Part shown: positions 1-11,802 of the stretch, in pieces
Layout of the letters: each line of letters begins with the position of its first letter
Position numbering within the stretch: the first letter of the stretch is position 1
DNA from: Yuukianura sp. NJ FZ-2021
Lineage: Eukaryota
NCBI GenBank assembly: GCA_046563655.1
Contig: CM102287.1
Coordinates: forward strand, 9,052,001-9,116,000
Direction: 5' to 3'
DNA length: 64,000 bases
Made by a program: the position numbers and the translations under genes
The notes under the pieces: model-generated
Databases searched by the model: none
The model's input: the letters and a program-made list of their open reading frames with translations, nothing else
Told to the model about the DNA's origin: nothing

Positions 1-37
1 AAGAACTGAAATTGAAATGTAAAATTGAATTTACAGG

Positions 38-428
38 ATCGGTCAAATTTGATATGATGGACGGAACGCTGACTAAAAAACTTTGGGCTTGGTTTAAAGG
101 TAATTTAATTGGCAAAACGAAAACCAAAATTAGGAAGTCACGTTTTATAATGCAGGAAAGTTTTAAAAAGTTTTAAAACGTGCTTTTTATTTTGCCAGAT
201 TTGAGCATTGCCAAGCAAATTGTGGTGGTAATTGGACTATCAATTGTGATCGCTGCTGTTGGATTTTTGACTATGTACCTTCTATCATTGAGTAAGAATA
301 ACTTTTTTCTCTTTATCGTGGTCTGGGTCAGAGGTCATCATTGTTTTGTTCTGCTAAATTTTAGTTTGGCCTGTAATGCTCGGTGTAGGCACTTCTGGAG
401 AAGCTGCTCTTGTGGAAATCGCTGTTGA
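38..428 (+). CDS. 3' end of a spliced gene for a single-pass membrane protein with a Cys-rich tail (5' part outside window)
   Basis: Exons ~38-99, ~199-274 and ~365-428 with AG/GT boundaries join in frame to ...KKLWAWFKDLSIAKQIVVVIGLSIVIAAVGFLTILACNARCRHFWRSCSCGNRC*. Confidence 0.6.
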
Positions 429-1176
429 AGGGTCCAAAATTAGGCAAGAGCCGGCATTTCATTTACTTCAGCTTCACGCCGAGCAAGCGAAGCCGATGAG
501 CCATGCTTGGGCGAACCAATTTTTTCTTTGGAAATACTGCAGAACTCGTTGACCTCTGACCTGCTCATTTTTGTTACAACGTATGTAACAGTAACACCTT
601 GCCGTACCGACTACCGAATTATTAATTAATTATGATTGTGTAACAATAAAGTTTATACGTCAGTTTCCAAAAGTTCAAAATGAATGTCAACACGCGAAAG
701 GCGGCGAATTTTATTTGAATTTGACATTTCAATTTTGTATTTGTTAACTGAAGTGCAATTTGACGAAAGCAAAATGCCATTGCTTTTTCGAAATTGCATT
801 TTATTTGGACATAATAAGTAAGTTCCATAATAACCTTGTGTTTTTAAATCTCTGCTGTTAAATTAGTCAATACTAAATTAATTCTTGATATTAATTTTGC
901 GTAAGTTAGTGCTTTAGAAAAATTCCACTTCTATATTTTTATTTTTTTTTGTTTTGCAATTGCAATGGCAATATTAACGTCGAAATACGTCACCGTTGCC
1001 ATTGTAGTTGCAAAATTCCAATCGTCATCATCTGCTGAAGGAGAGGCTCTTCATTTTTTTGTTATCAATCAAAACAGAAACTATGGAGGGATTTTAGTAG
1101 CAAAACTAATTAAAGTTTCCCCCGCCAATTAACGTTTCCCCAATTAAAAAATTTAACTTTCGCCAATTTATGAATT

Positions 1177-1351
1177 GGCGAAAATTTAAACGGCGAAAAG
1201 TTAATTGGGGGGATTTTAAACGGCGAAAAGTTAATTGGGGGGATTTTAAACGGCGAAAAGTTAATTGGGGGGAATTTAAACGGCGAAAAGTTAATTGGGG
1301 GGATTTTAAACGGGGAGAAGTTAATCGGCGAAACTTTAACCGGCGAAAAGT
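1177..1351. repeat. 30-bp subterminal tandem array in the left arm
   Basis: CGGCGAAAAGTTAATTGGGGGGATTTTAAA, 4 core copies plus degenerate flanking units. Confidence 0.9.
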
Positions 1352-2324
1352 GAGTGTTTCCCGCAAGCTTTTGTTTCCCGTCAATAGATTTCTCCCCCCA
1401 ATTGATTTGACAAAAATACTCAGGAGTGACACCGGGCACCTGTAATATATGGGCACCCAAATTATTTCATATTTATTTTAAACATTATATAAATTAAATT
1501 AAACTAATTTTAAAACTAATTAAAATCTCCAATTATTTTTAATTAATATTTAGCACACTTAGTTTATCATTAATTAACTTATAATACATGAATGATTGAA
1601 TTTAATGTTGCCCATGTATGATGTAGGCGTTGTGACATGGTAAATGACTTTTTCATTTACCATTTTGTTTTGAAATCATATAGAATCATACAAGTTCTCA
1701 GGTTTCAAACCAATTTAACCAATTTAAATTAAGTTTAAGTTTCTAAGTTGAAGTCAGGTGCCTGGTCTAAAGAAAGTCATGTCAGTGGAAGCAACTGCTG
1801 CTGCAAGCAATTTCTGGATACCATTTTCTCAACTACCTAAAGGTCAGTGCATAATGAATTTGTAAAGGGCCCCCTAATTTTCAATCGTGTTCTTGAGCTT
1901 AACCAAAGTCAAACTTAATGCAGTATATTAATTAACTTTTCAGAGCAGCAAACTTGAATCATTATTTGATTAACCTGAGAACTTGTATGATTCTATATGA
2001 TTTCAAAACAAAATGGTAAATGAAAAAGTCATTTACCATGTCACAACGCCTACATCATACATGGGCAACATTAAATTCAATCATTCATGTATTATAAGTT
2101 AATTAATGATAAACTAAGTGTGCTAAATATTAATTAAAAATAATTGGAGATTTTAATTAGTTTTAAAATTAGTTTAATTTAATTTATATAATGTTTAAAA
2201 TAAATATGAAATAATTTGGGTGCCCATATATTACAGGTGCCCGGTGTCACTCCTGAGTATTTTTGTCAAATCAATTGGGGGGAGAAATCTATTGACGGGA
2301 AACAAAAGCTTGCGGGAAACACTC

Positions 2325-2529
2325 ACTTTTCGCCGGTTAAAGTTTCGCCGATTAACTTCTCCCCGTTTAAAATTCCCCCAATTAACTTTTCGCCGTTTAA
2401 AATCCCCCCAATTAACTTTTCGCCGTTTAAAATCCCCCCAATTAACTTTTCGCCGTTTAAAATCCCCCCAATTAACTTTTCGCCGTTTAAAATCCCCCCA
2501 ATTAACTTTTCGCCGTTTAAATTTTCGCC
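2325..2529. repeat. 30-bp subterminal tandem array in the right arm (reverse complement, one extra unit)
   Basis: CGCCGTTTAAAATCCCCCCAATTAACTTTT repeats; right arm is 30 bp longer than left. Confidence 0.9.
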
Positions 2530-5141
2530 AATTCATAAATTGGCGAAAGTTAAATTTTTTAATTGGGGAAACGTTAATTGGCGGGGGAAAGTTAAATTAG
2601 TTTTGCTACTAAAATCCCTCCATAAGAAACACAGTGTGGCAGTGACGTCTACGTGAAGAAGGTAAACAACACTGGCAACTGGCCGTGCCTGCGATTGAAG
2701 TGACAATAATAACTGTAGAAACAACACACTACGAACTGGTGAGTCGTAAATTGTACTATTTTAAGGTGACTGTAAACTTAAATTGACGCACAAGCCAGGC
2801 TGATGATTGAGGTTTTTTATCTTCATGATCATGACTGTTTTTTTTTTTTTTGGATTGTTAGATTGCTAATTGCATTGCATTGTATGGGAATGAGAACCGG
2901 ATAAGGAATACAACAATCACGATTTAGTACAGATGTGAATTTAGTATGAATCATAAGTGGTCTATGTATGGTGAGTTGTTACATAAATAGTTCCGGTGAA
3001 TCGTTCTAATTTACAACTGTACAAATGACCGGCCAAGTATGTTACATTTTACATTGTTATTTCAAGTCAGAAATAGATCCAAGAGCAGGAACAATGAATC
3101 AGCAGCATGTCGGTAGGGCAAAACGTTGTCGGCAGAGTAAAAGTAAATTCTACTTTTAAATTCTCTCATTTAAATGTCAGTCAAACGATTTACGTTAAAG
3201 AGGGGCATGGCATAATGACCTACAGCACGCAATGCAAGACCTCTTCTACAAGAGGAAACATTTAATTCCCAAATTAACCCCACGACACGCCCATTGCCCT
3301 GGATCTAGTTTTCTACATTTCAAATTCATCTTTCTAATGTTACACTGTAGGTACACCATGAAATGTTTTAGAAAGCAAAAGTCAACACATTGATAGCCTT
3401 TGATATTTAGACTGTTGACTGTTTTTGCTCAAACGAAAACGTGAATCATTTCATCAGTTTGTGGACTACTGTTCAGTTGTAATTTGCACTTGAATGACTC
3501 AGTTTCTTCCTCATTCTTGTTGTTACTCTCAGTTAATTTCTTAATTTTTAGGAACACTTAAAAGTAAAACGTGTTTGCCCACTACTCGACTTGACAGTTT
3601 TCAGTTAAAAACCACAAAAGTTAAGGAAAACCATAAACGTTAAGTTTTAGGGGTACACGATGCAGCATCGATCGAGGCAAGGACCTCATTGTTTCAACTG
3701 ATATGGGACGGAAACAATGCAATTTGCATCATAAAATGATCTCACGAATGAAAACCATTGTTATGAACTGTGAAGGATGTGAGAAATCTTTGTGACTTTT
3801 TTCTTTTGCATTTGATGTACTATCAAGGTTTGACAACCGTGGAGATTGAAGTCAAATTCAAGCAAAAAAAATTGCAAAAACGTAACCTAAGTGCATGAAA
3901 AGTATAGGAAGGAAACGGAATGACGTTGGCAAAAAAGTTTCTGCTGATTGCTGAATGTAACCCACGAGGTTGTAAAAACTTAGTTTAATTTTCAGCGATG
4001 ACATGGCTGTAATACTTTTGTTCTAAAAATATTCGAAATCCTGCTGAGATGTTGAAAAATAGAAAAGCAATTTGGCCGGTTCCAGCTTAATGAGTTTCGG
4101 TGTTAATTAATTTTGCACATTTTGAGCCACGCTAAATGCTGCTGCTGAAATTTGCTTTTTTCATCGTCACAAGTCACAAGTCGGTTTTTTGCACGCTTCC
4201 AGAATTCAATTAAGCTTTCCTTATTATGCATGTAAAAATATACTGAATGTCAGTTCAAGGTCACCAGAACTGGAATTTACAATTCCCACGTTAACCTTCA
4301 CTTTGGCACTAAAAGTTAAGTTGTAAAAGGTTTACGTAAGAAACTCCAATTTGCGAAAATAATTATCCAACACGCGATACGCCAAGACGCTTCAGTGTCC
4401 AGTAGGAGATAGCCAAACTAAGTCTTTAAATTTCAGCTTAGGAGCTAACGCTAACCAAATTTAGAAAAAGTATGTGGGTTAGCTTGATTTTTTAGTTAGA
4501 AAAAAAAACACTTTATTCTGGTTCCGCTCGGTAGATTTATATAAACTTTTATACTTTAAGATTTTTTATGACTTTAGTTAAGGATAACGACTCTCGCGTT
4601 GTGCAAGTTTCTGCTTCAGTAAATATTTGCATAACAAGTATACTTCTTCCTCTATAAAACTTGAACTGCTGCTGACGCTAAAAGTACAAAAAATCAGCTA
4701 TCGCAAACAAAAATTGCAAATATTTGCAGAAGCAATAAATTTGCAACAACAACACAATTTTCCATCAGTGTCACTAAAAGGCCTTAATTAAAGCCATTCC
4801 AAGGCTGCCTAAAAGTATTTTAGTACTTCGCTCTGATTAATACAGTCATCACTCACGATACTATAAAGTACTATAAAACATTTCAAGGTACTGGCAGTAC
4901 TTTTTGATATACTTGAGGTACTTGTATCTAATAAGTGTTTTTTTCACCTTGTTTTTACAGAGAGCGGATAACAAAAGGGAAGTGCTTTGAAGCGGAAAAC
5001 AAGTGGACTATTATTGGACGAGTTTATTGCGTACACTGTGCCTAATACTTGAAGAGCTAAAAAGTTCGAAGAGACAGCAGTTTTGTCATTCGGAGTGTTA
5101 CACTTTTTATGAGGAGTTAATCGACTAAGGAGGGCGTTGCC

Positions 5142-7650
5142 ATGGATATGGCCCAGGTTCCTGTTCTTCCTAATGCTACTAGTACATGTGAGAAGATATC
5201 GAATCAACCTCCACCACTAGTACCGTTACCGTGTTCTGTCACTTTGAGTTCAGGCGATGATGACTCAGGAGTCAGATTAGGTACGGTTTGTTCTTATTTT
5301 ATGGCGGAGCACTTTACAAAATTAAGTTTTACTACTAAAGTAAAGTAATTTTTTCTTGTCTTTTTTAGATCCCAATGGTCACACTAAAGTAGAAAGTGAG
5401 ATTGAAGCTGAAGAACCAAAACCAAACTTTCGTTTTGAGAATCATGCGTCTCGTGGTGACGTAAACGATGAAGAACCGTGTGGTGTAACGGTAAACTCGG
5501 GAATTCCAGGAGATGCTGGCAATGCTGGAATCAGCGATTCAATGTTTTCAACTCCACCACAGTCAGAAGACTATCCACTTTCGCTGATCAGTTGGTACAG
5601 TGAACCAGGCGATGCTGGACCAGTATTAAGATCTTGTTGTGCTGCCCGGACGAGTTGTTTACAAAATGAAGTCATTGCACAGTCACCTCTCCCGGGTCAA
5701 TTTTCATACGGAGAAGAGTCAGATGAAAAGTCGGATGAAAAAGAAAACAAAACACCGCCGCCACCGAGTGCTATAAAATCTGGGTCATCAATTTCCAATT
5801 CAAGAACTGAAAAGTGCCTTGCAATAAAAATGAAGTTGGAGAGTGCCGATAAGTGTCGGATCGGCAGAAGATTAGATAGGAAGTGTGATGGAAGTGGGAT
5901 TGAGCGCAGTCGAAGTGTTGGCAATCCAACTAGAAGTGCCAATACTAGAATCAGAAAAGCATCAACAGATGACCATGAGCCCTCATCTCTGGAATGTCCA
6001 CGCTGTTCCAGAAAGACTAAATCTGGACACTCCACGCCACTGGTCACGGCTGCCCGGATTCCTAAAAGAACAATTGCCGTGAAAAGTACTGGAAATACAA
6101 AGTCAGCTGATTCTAGAAAACCAATCAAGTCCATACTCAAAAGTGATCTTCGTGGTTGCAGTTCTGGAAGTGAAAAGCAGAGTTCAATGGACAGTTTAGG
6201 GAGTAATCATACTTCAGGAGGCTCAAATGCTGGACAAATGACATGTTCCGATCTTGGACCAAGACTGAAAACCAAGTTTTCAAAGGAATTCAATGGGAAA
6301 CAATGGACTGAAAGTGATTTCGTTGGACTCAAACGGATCGAACGCTACGCTACGGTACGAATCAACCGTCCAAAGGATTCCAAAACTTCGATTCCGACTT
6401 TACAGGGTCAAAGTTCAGCTCAAGAATGTGGTGGGAAACTGTCTTTTGAGAATCTGGAGCGACAACGTTCTGGATCTTCTGACCTCATGACCAAAAGTAT
6501 GCCGCATGTCAAAACTCATGACATGGATACTGGACACACTTCGCAACTTCAACGAAATGGATCACTCCGAGGTCGAAGAGCAACTCCTACAACAACACCG
6601 TGTGCCACGAGGACATCGGTGTTAAGACTTCAGAAAATGCAAGAAAAGAAAGGTTTAGTTCCTCCAAGTACTCCGGCAGCATCAGACAAAACAACGACTA
6701 CTGGACAGCATTCGGACAGCGGCGAATCGTCAGCCACTCCAGCTCAACTTCATTCTTCAAGTAAAGCGGCCATGAGTAAAGTATTTTCAAAATTGTCGTC
6801 AGCCGTTGGCCAAACAGCTTCCAGTGCTCAAAAACGACAACGACAAGAACGTGGAATTCAGACTGAACCGATTTTAATTTTAGAGAAACCAGCAACTACT
6901 AATGGGCATGCCCAACCAGGAATTCGTGCAAGTGGAATTTCCCGCTCACCAACACCAATGTCACCAGATGAAGGTGCTTCACAAACAGAAAATAAACTGG
7001 ATCCGGGAATTGAAATACTGCGTTTGCGTCAGGAATTAAAAAAGTACAAAGCTAGAGTAATCAAGTACGAGCATATTTATAATGCTGCGGAACAAGAAAA
7101 CGTTTTGCTCGGAAATCATCTGCGGGACGTTGAAAACGAATCGAAGGAAACAATTAGTTTTTTGCAAGATGAAAAACTAATGTTGGCTGAGTCTCTGGCT
7201 GAATCTGAAGCAGAGGTATGAACTTCAATCAACTTTTTCAAAAAAAAAGAACCGTAAAAATTTTTCATTAAAAATGTTTTATTTTTTCTTGTATTTCAGA
7301 AAAAAGCTCTGCTACTAAAATTGGAAACGCAGATGAAGATAGTGCAGAAACTGGAGGATAAATTGAATTTAGGTAGTTTTTAAAATCGGATTCCGTTCAC
7401 TTTTGATTTTGTGTAAATTTTTCGAAAAACGACTATTTTTTATTAAAAAATTAGGGCAGGGTTGTGTAATTTGTAAAGTTTCAACACGTTGTTGTTGATT
7501 TCAGGACGATCGAAAGTGAGAGAAGCGCATCAAGACGTTGCAAGTTACACGACTGACCTGGAGTCGGAGTCTTTGAAAACAAAGACACTGCAAGATGAAG
7601 TAGCGACGCTGAGAAAACGAGTTGAAAAGTTAAACGAAGAACAACAGTGA
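5142..7650 (+). CDS. Uncharacterised Ser/Thr-rich disordered protein with C-terminal coiled coil (4 exons)
   Basis: Exons 5142-5280, 5369-7215, 7300-~7372 and ~7505-7650 join in frame; 621-aa ORF; heptad-like EILRLRQELKKYK...LQDEVATLRKRVEKLNEEQQ*. Confidence 0.75.
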
Positions 7651-8283
7651 AGGGCATTCACACAAAAAATCGCTGAAATCGCTTCTCTTCATGTTCCGGA
7701 CAAAACAAATGAGCTTCTTTTAAACAGGGCTGCTATTAATTAGTTTTAATCAACGTTTCACCTTTTGACCTCGCCAAGTTCTTGCCAATCATGTTGACAA
7801 AAACTTGTTGACAACGCGAAAACTGTTCATGAAATGTACCGCTACGCTTTCAAAAATTTTGCCTTTCTACTGTAACTAAAAATTTAGCAGCTATTTAGTC
7901 TTTTAGTTTCTATTTTTCTTTTTCCTGTTTTGAATTTTTACTGTTTGTTGGCAGCGAAAAGTTTTGTATATTTTGACGCGTTCCATGCTGAAACTAATCG
8001 TAAGTTTTGTGACGCATGGAATAAAAACAACCGTCTAAATACTGTATCACTTTTTCTGTCACGTGACCTTGACCTCTCATTTTGGCATGACCTTTGACCT
8101 TTGACCTCTCATGTGATACTTTAAGATACAGGTTCTGTCGGAGGTTTTGGAGCCAAGTATAAGCGATGACCAAATGCCATTGTTGGCACAACGCCAAAGT
8201 ACCCCATGCGGGGAACGCCGTTCTGAAATTTTGAAAATTTAAAGTGTTTTTGTGAAAACCAAATTTAGTTTTTTGGATTTTTA

Positions 8284-9067
8284 ATGTTCGTCTAAAAACG
8301 CAAGGCACTTTGTTTACAGAAATTTACACTGATTTTTTACTTGTTGCCATACGTTACTCAAATGTTGCGCACAATCCGCGCTACATCATTTGTAACCACT
8401 AATCATCTGAATCTGAATCTAAATCATCAAAGCTAATATCGGAATCAGAGGAATCATTCCCAAGTTCAATAATTATTGGTTGAATTGCGTTCGTCATAAA
8501 CTCCTCAGCGATTTTCTCTTTTTCCATGATCATGTCTTCCAGTTCCTCCACATGTCGACAGCACGCAGGCCAAAGTTGAACAATTTCGTCAGAATTCATT
8601 ACCTCCTTTGTAAGTGATAGCAAATCCTTACGTTTAGAGTAACCGATGTCCTTTTGCTAACATTTTCCCATTGGAAAGGTATACTTCCTGGATCCAACTT
8701 GCCTGACTTAATGTTGTCTTGAATCATAATTTTTTCTACTGTAAGTTTTCTATGAGTCGATTCGATTAATTCTTTCTCTTCTTTGCTCTTTGCTTTAGGC
8801 ATTGTAGTAATTGTAGTAATTAACACGACTAATCTTAAGTGGAATTACAAGGAGAAAAAAGTGAACCAGAAAACGGTAAAAGAGTAAAAAGTGACAAAGA
8901 AATGATTTTTGTCAAATGACACTGCAGCGATGGGAAGTTTTAGAATAACCGACTCATGCGCCGGTGTATACATGATTCTGCGCTTGCGCATCCCAACCCG
9001 CGCCGAACAAGTCAAAAATATTAAATTTTGAGAATAAACAAAGTGCCTTGCGTTTTTAGACGAACAT
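8284..9067 (-). mobile_element. Internally deleted IS630/Tc1/mariner-type element in the last MGAT1-A intron
   Basis: 33-bp perfect TIRs ATGTTCGTCTAAAAACGCAAGGCACTTTGTTTA (8284-8316, 9035-9067); TA on both sides; transposase-like N-terminal (MPKAKSKEEK, from 8802) and C-terminal (WPACCRHVEELE...DSDSDD) pieces with no catalytic core. Confidence 0.8.
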
Positions 9068-9286
9068 TAGTCTTTTTACCCAAAAATCCTCCATAATTTT
9101 AAGTTCGCCGGCCAATTTTTGGAATTGAAGGGGCCAGTCAAAGAAGTGCCTCTACCAAATTTTGGTATTTAGAAAATCGCGTCGCCAGGGCAATTTTTGA
9201 AAAAATTAACACTTTAATCGTAAAAGCCGGCCACAAAATACGTTCTCCGAGTGAAATTCCATTTACTGAACAGATTTTTATCAAAG

Positions 9287-11802
9287 TTAGTTGGACATAA
9301 CAGTATCATAAAAAACTTTTTCTGGAGAAATTACGAAGTTTTTCAAAAGTTCCTGAATGTTCTCAAATTTCGAATTTTTTACTGGAATAAATCCAGAATA
9401 AGCTGACGGAACCAAATTAAGTGTGTTACGTAGAAGACCAATGGTGACATTTCTGTTTCTAATGTCGAAAGGAGTGTTGAAAGGCCCGGAAGTTGCGTTT
9501 CTACAAGTTATGTCGCCATTGGCGTCGCTCCTAAACCCCTTGAAAGCGCGAATCCCGACGGGAGGCCGAAGTAGAGGCTCCAAAACTGACTTGAAGTCAA
9601 GAACGGTTACGATTTCTGTGCCGTCAGCACAAAGGTTGTCAGTAAGTGGATGCTCAATGTACGCAATTTGAAACGGCAGGGATGGCTGGGCCTTCTTCAG
9701 CAGCGTAATCCAGTCCGATGGAAATAGAAATTTGTCTTCTTTCTTCTTTAGTTTTTCAATCCTTGCAAAGTCACGGTCACACGGCATACGGCTGTGTCCG
9801 ACAATAGGAAACGAAATTGTGACTTCTTGAAATCGAGTTCCTAAAGAAGACAGATAGGCAAGCAGGTATTTGTTTTTGTTTTGCCCACCAGAATTATCGG
9901 AATACAGGTTGAGTTTTGTAATTCCCGGATCAAGTTTGGTGTCAATGTAGTTCTGCAGGGCTGAAATTACTTCGTTTGGACCTTTTTTTGCATATGTTTC
10001 TGCATAAATGTACATTGTCGCTGTTCCAGTCCTGAGGTTGTGAATACAAAGATTGTAAATCCAAAGTTGTCTGCTGAAGAATTCCCGTGTGACGTTGGTT
10101 ACTGGCAATGGTAAATTTTTTTCAAAATCGAAACATAGACACGCTGTGTCATTTGGGAGCTGAGATACTTCTTGTTTGGAAATTAACTTGTAGAATTCTT
10201 CTGCCGCGGTCAAGTGATCTTCATGTGCCAATTTGAGCAAAGCTAATTTCTGCTGGTCATTTTCTATTTCCGCTGATTTTTGCTCCGCGGCATTGCGCTC
10301 ACAAGTTTCACATATGTCAGATCTGGGATATCCAAACGAAATATTGAATTCCGTATTGAAAATTTTTTCAAATAGCCACTTCTTCGCTCGAATACGTCCT
10401 GTGTTGGGCAGTTGGACAGCAGTTGGACTGTGTTCTGGATGTTGAGTGATGAACTCATTGTACAACGCCGAAATTGACAGATTTGACTCCAAATACGTTC
10501 TGCTGGGATTTTCTTGTCTTGAATAATGAGATGTTCTAGGTTCTAGACTTCCTAAAAACGAGCGAATGGCTATTTTGACATCTGCGGGTACACTTTCATG
10601 ATGACCATGCTTTCCTCTTCCGTCTCGAACATTAGCTTCCACATTCAGCACCTGAAATCAACACACTATGTATAAATATAATGTCCTTTAGTTGTTAGGT
10701 TAAGGTTAACCATTACTTTAAATCTTAACGTATAAACATAACTATGCTATTCATTGCATTAAACTTATGGCAGGTGTTAAATTAACGCCATTTATGTTAA
10801 GTTAAGCTTAGCTTATAAGTTAAGCTAAAGTTATGTTATGTTGAAAGTTGAGTTAATGTTAGGTTATACGTTAAGTTAAAATTATGTTGTTGAACGTTAT
10901 GTTAAGGTTAGGTTATACACTTAGTTAAGATTATGTTATGTTGAACGTTATGTTAAGGTTAGGTTATACAATTATGTTATGTTATGTTATATAAAATTAT
11001 GTTATGTTAAATTATAAGTTATTGGTAGGTCAAAGTTTAGTTAAGGCTACTTTATGTTGTATGTTAAGTAAACATTATCTTATACATATACATATATGTA
11101 TGTGTGTACACATATACATATGTATATGCATAACATAATTCTAACATATGTTAAACATATGTTAAACTGCTCAGTGCGGCAGAAAGGTCATCTGATAGTT
11201 ATAAAATAGTTAAACACTGGTCATTATAACATTGACTTGCCTTTCGTCTGAGCCTTGAACGTTTGATGTCCAGCAGGGCGAGAAGGAACTTTTGACATAC
11301 TTGGGTTGTACCACTGCCAGGATTGAGATGATAGACATTAGAATGTGCGTTATTGCCAATTCCGGTATTTACAACGCAGCCTCTCAAGAAAAGTGTTTGT
11401 TCTTCATTGTTTTGTAGTGCTCGGTAGGCCTGAAACATTGCGTCCATCTCATGTTGCGTAAACTTGTCCAGGCATCTGGGGTCACACGTACACTGGTACT
11501 CTCTTCGCTCTTTGGCTGGAACAACGTCACCATGCTTGTCAATGTAAGCGTTTCCTATAAACCGTGAGAGACATCGTTAATTTTTTTAAAGCGAACTTTT
11601 AAAATAATATTCTCACCTCCAATTCTAGCGAGTTTATTGGTGGTTTGTTTCCAAAGTTGTGGTTGTCGGACTCGCTTTTTGGGTCTTTGAATCGGGTATT
11701 GTGGAGGTAAACCGGCGGCATTTTGTACCTGTTTGTGGCAAGTTTTCATATCAGCATTGTTATTGCAGGTTATGGTTAAGTTTTCAGGCTTACGTTGGCC
11801 AT
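9287..11802 (-). CDS. DDE/DDD transposase, about 600 aa, spliced
   Basis: Motifs CFDFEKNL, KGPNEV, YSDNSGGQNKN, GHSRMPCDRDF; in-frame introns 11555-11616 (GT-AG) and 10652-11240 (GC-AG); the 3-codon first exon at 11794-11802 is tentative (alternative start 11749). Confidence 0.8.
10780..11165. repeat. Low-complexity (GTTAT/GTTAA)n and (TA/CA)n tract in the transposase intron
   Basis: Repeated TTATG/GTTAAG units, duplicated GTTGAACGTTATGTTAAGGTTAGGTTATAC block, TATACATA quasi-palindrome. Confidence 0.8.

Larger units (their letters stand above)
1082..2624. mobile_element. Non-autonomous foldback DNA transposon, IS3EU-like
   Basis: Near-perfect inverted arms 1082-1704 and 1972-2624; termini TATGG...CCATA; 6-bp direct repeat AGAAAC at 1076-1081 and 2625-2630; no transposase. 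Confidence 0.85.

Noticed and set aside
1177..1351. CRISPR-like array
   Set aside because: Head-to-tail repeats with no unique spacers, no cas genes, eukaryotic context
1106..2656. Repetitive ORFs (SPFKIPPINF, FRRLKSPQLT, RRKVNWGDFK) on both strands
   Set aside because: Translations of the 30-bp arrays in the transposon arms
5697..6140. 147-aa antisense ORF and similar shadow ORFs
   Set aside because: Antisense to long real exons with no independent motifs
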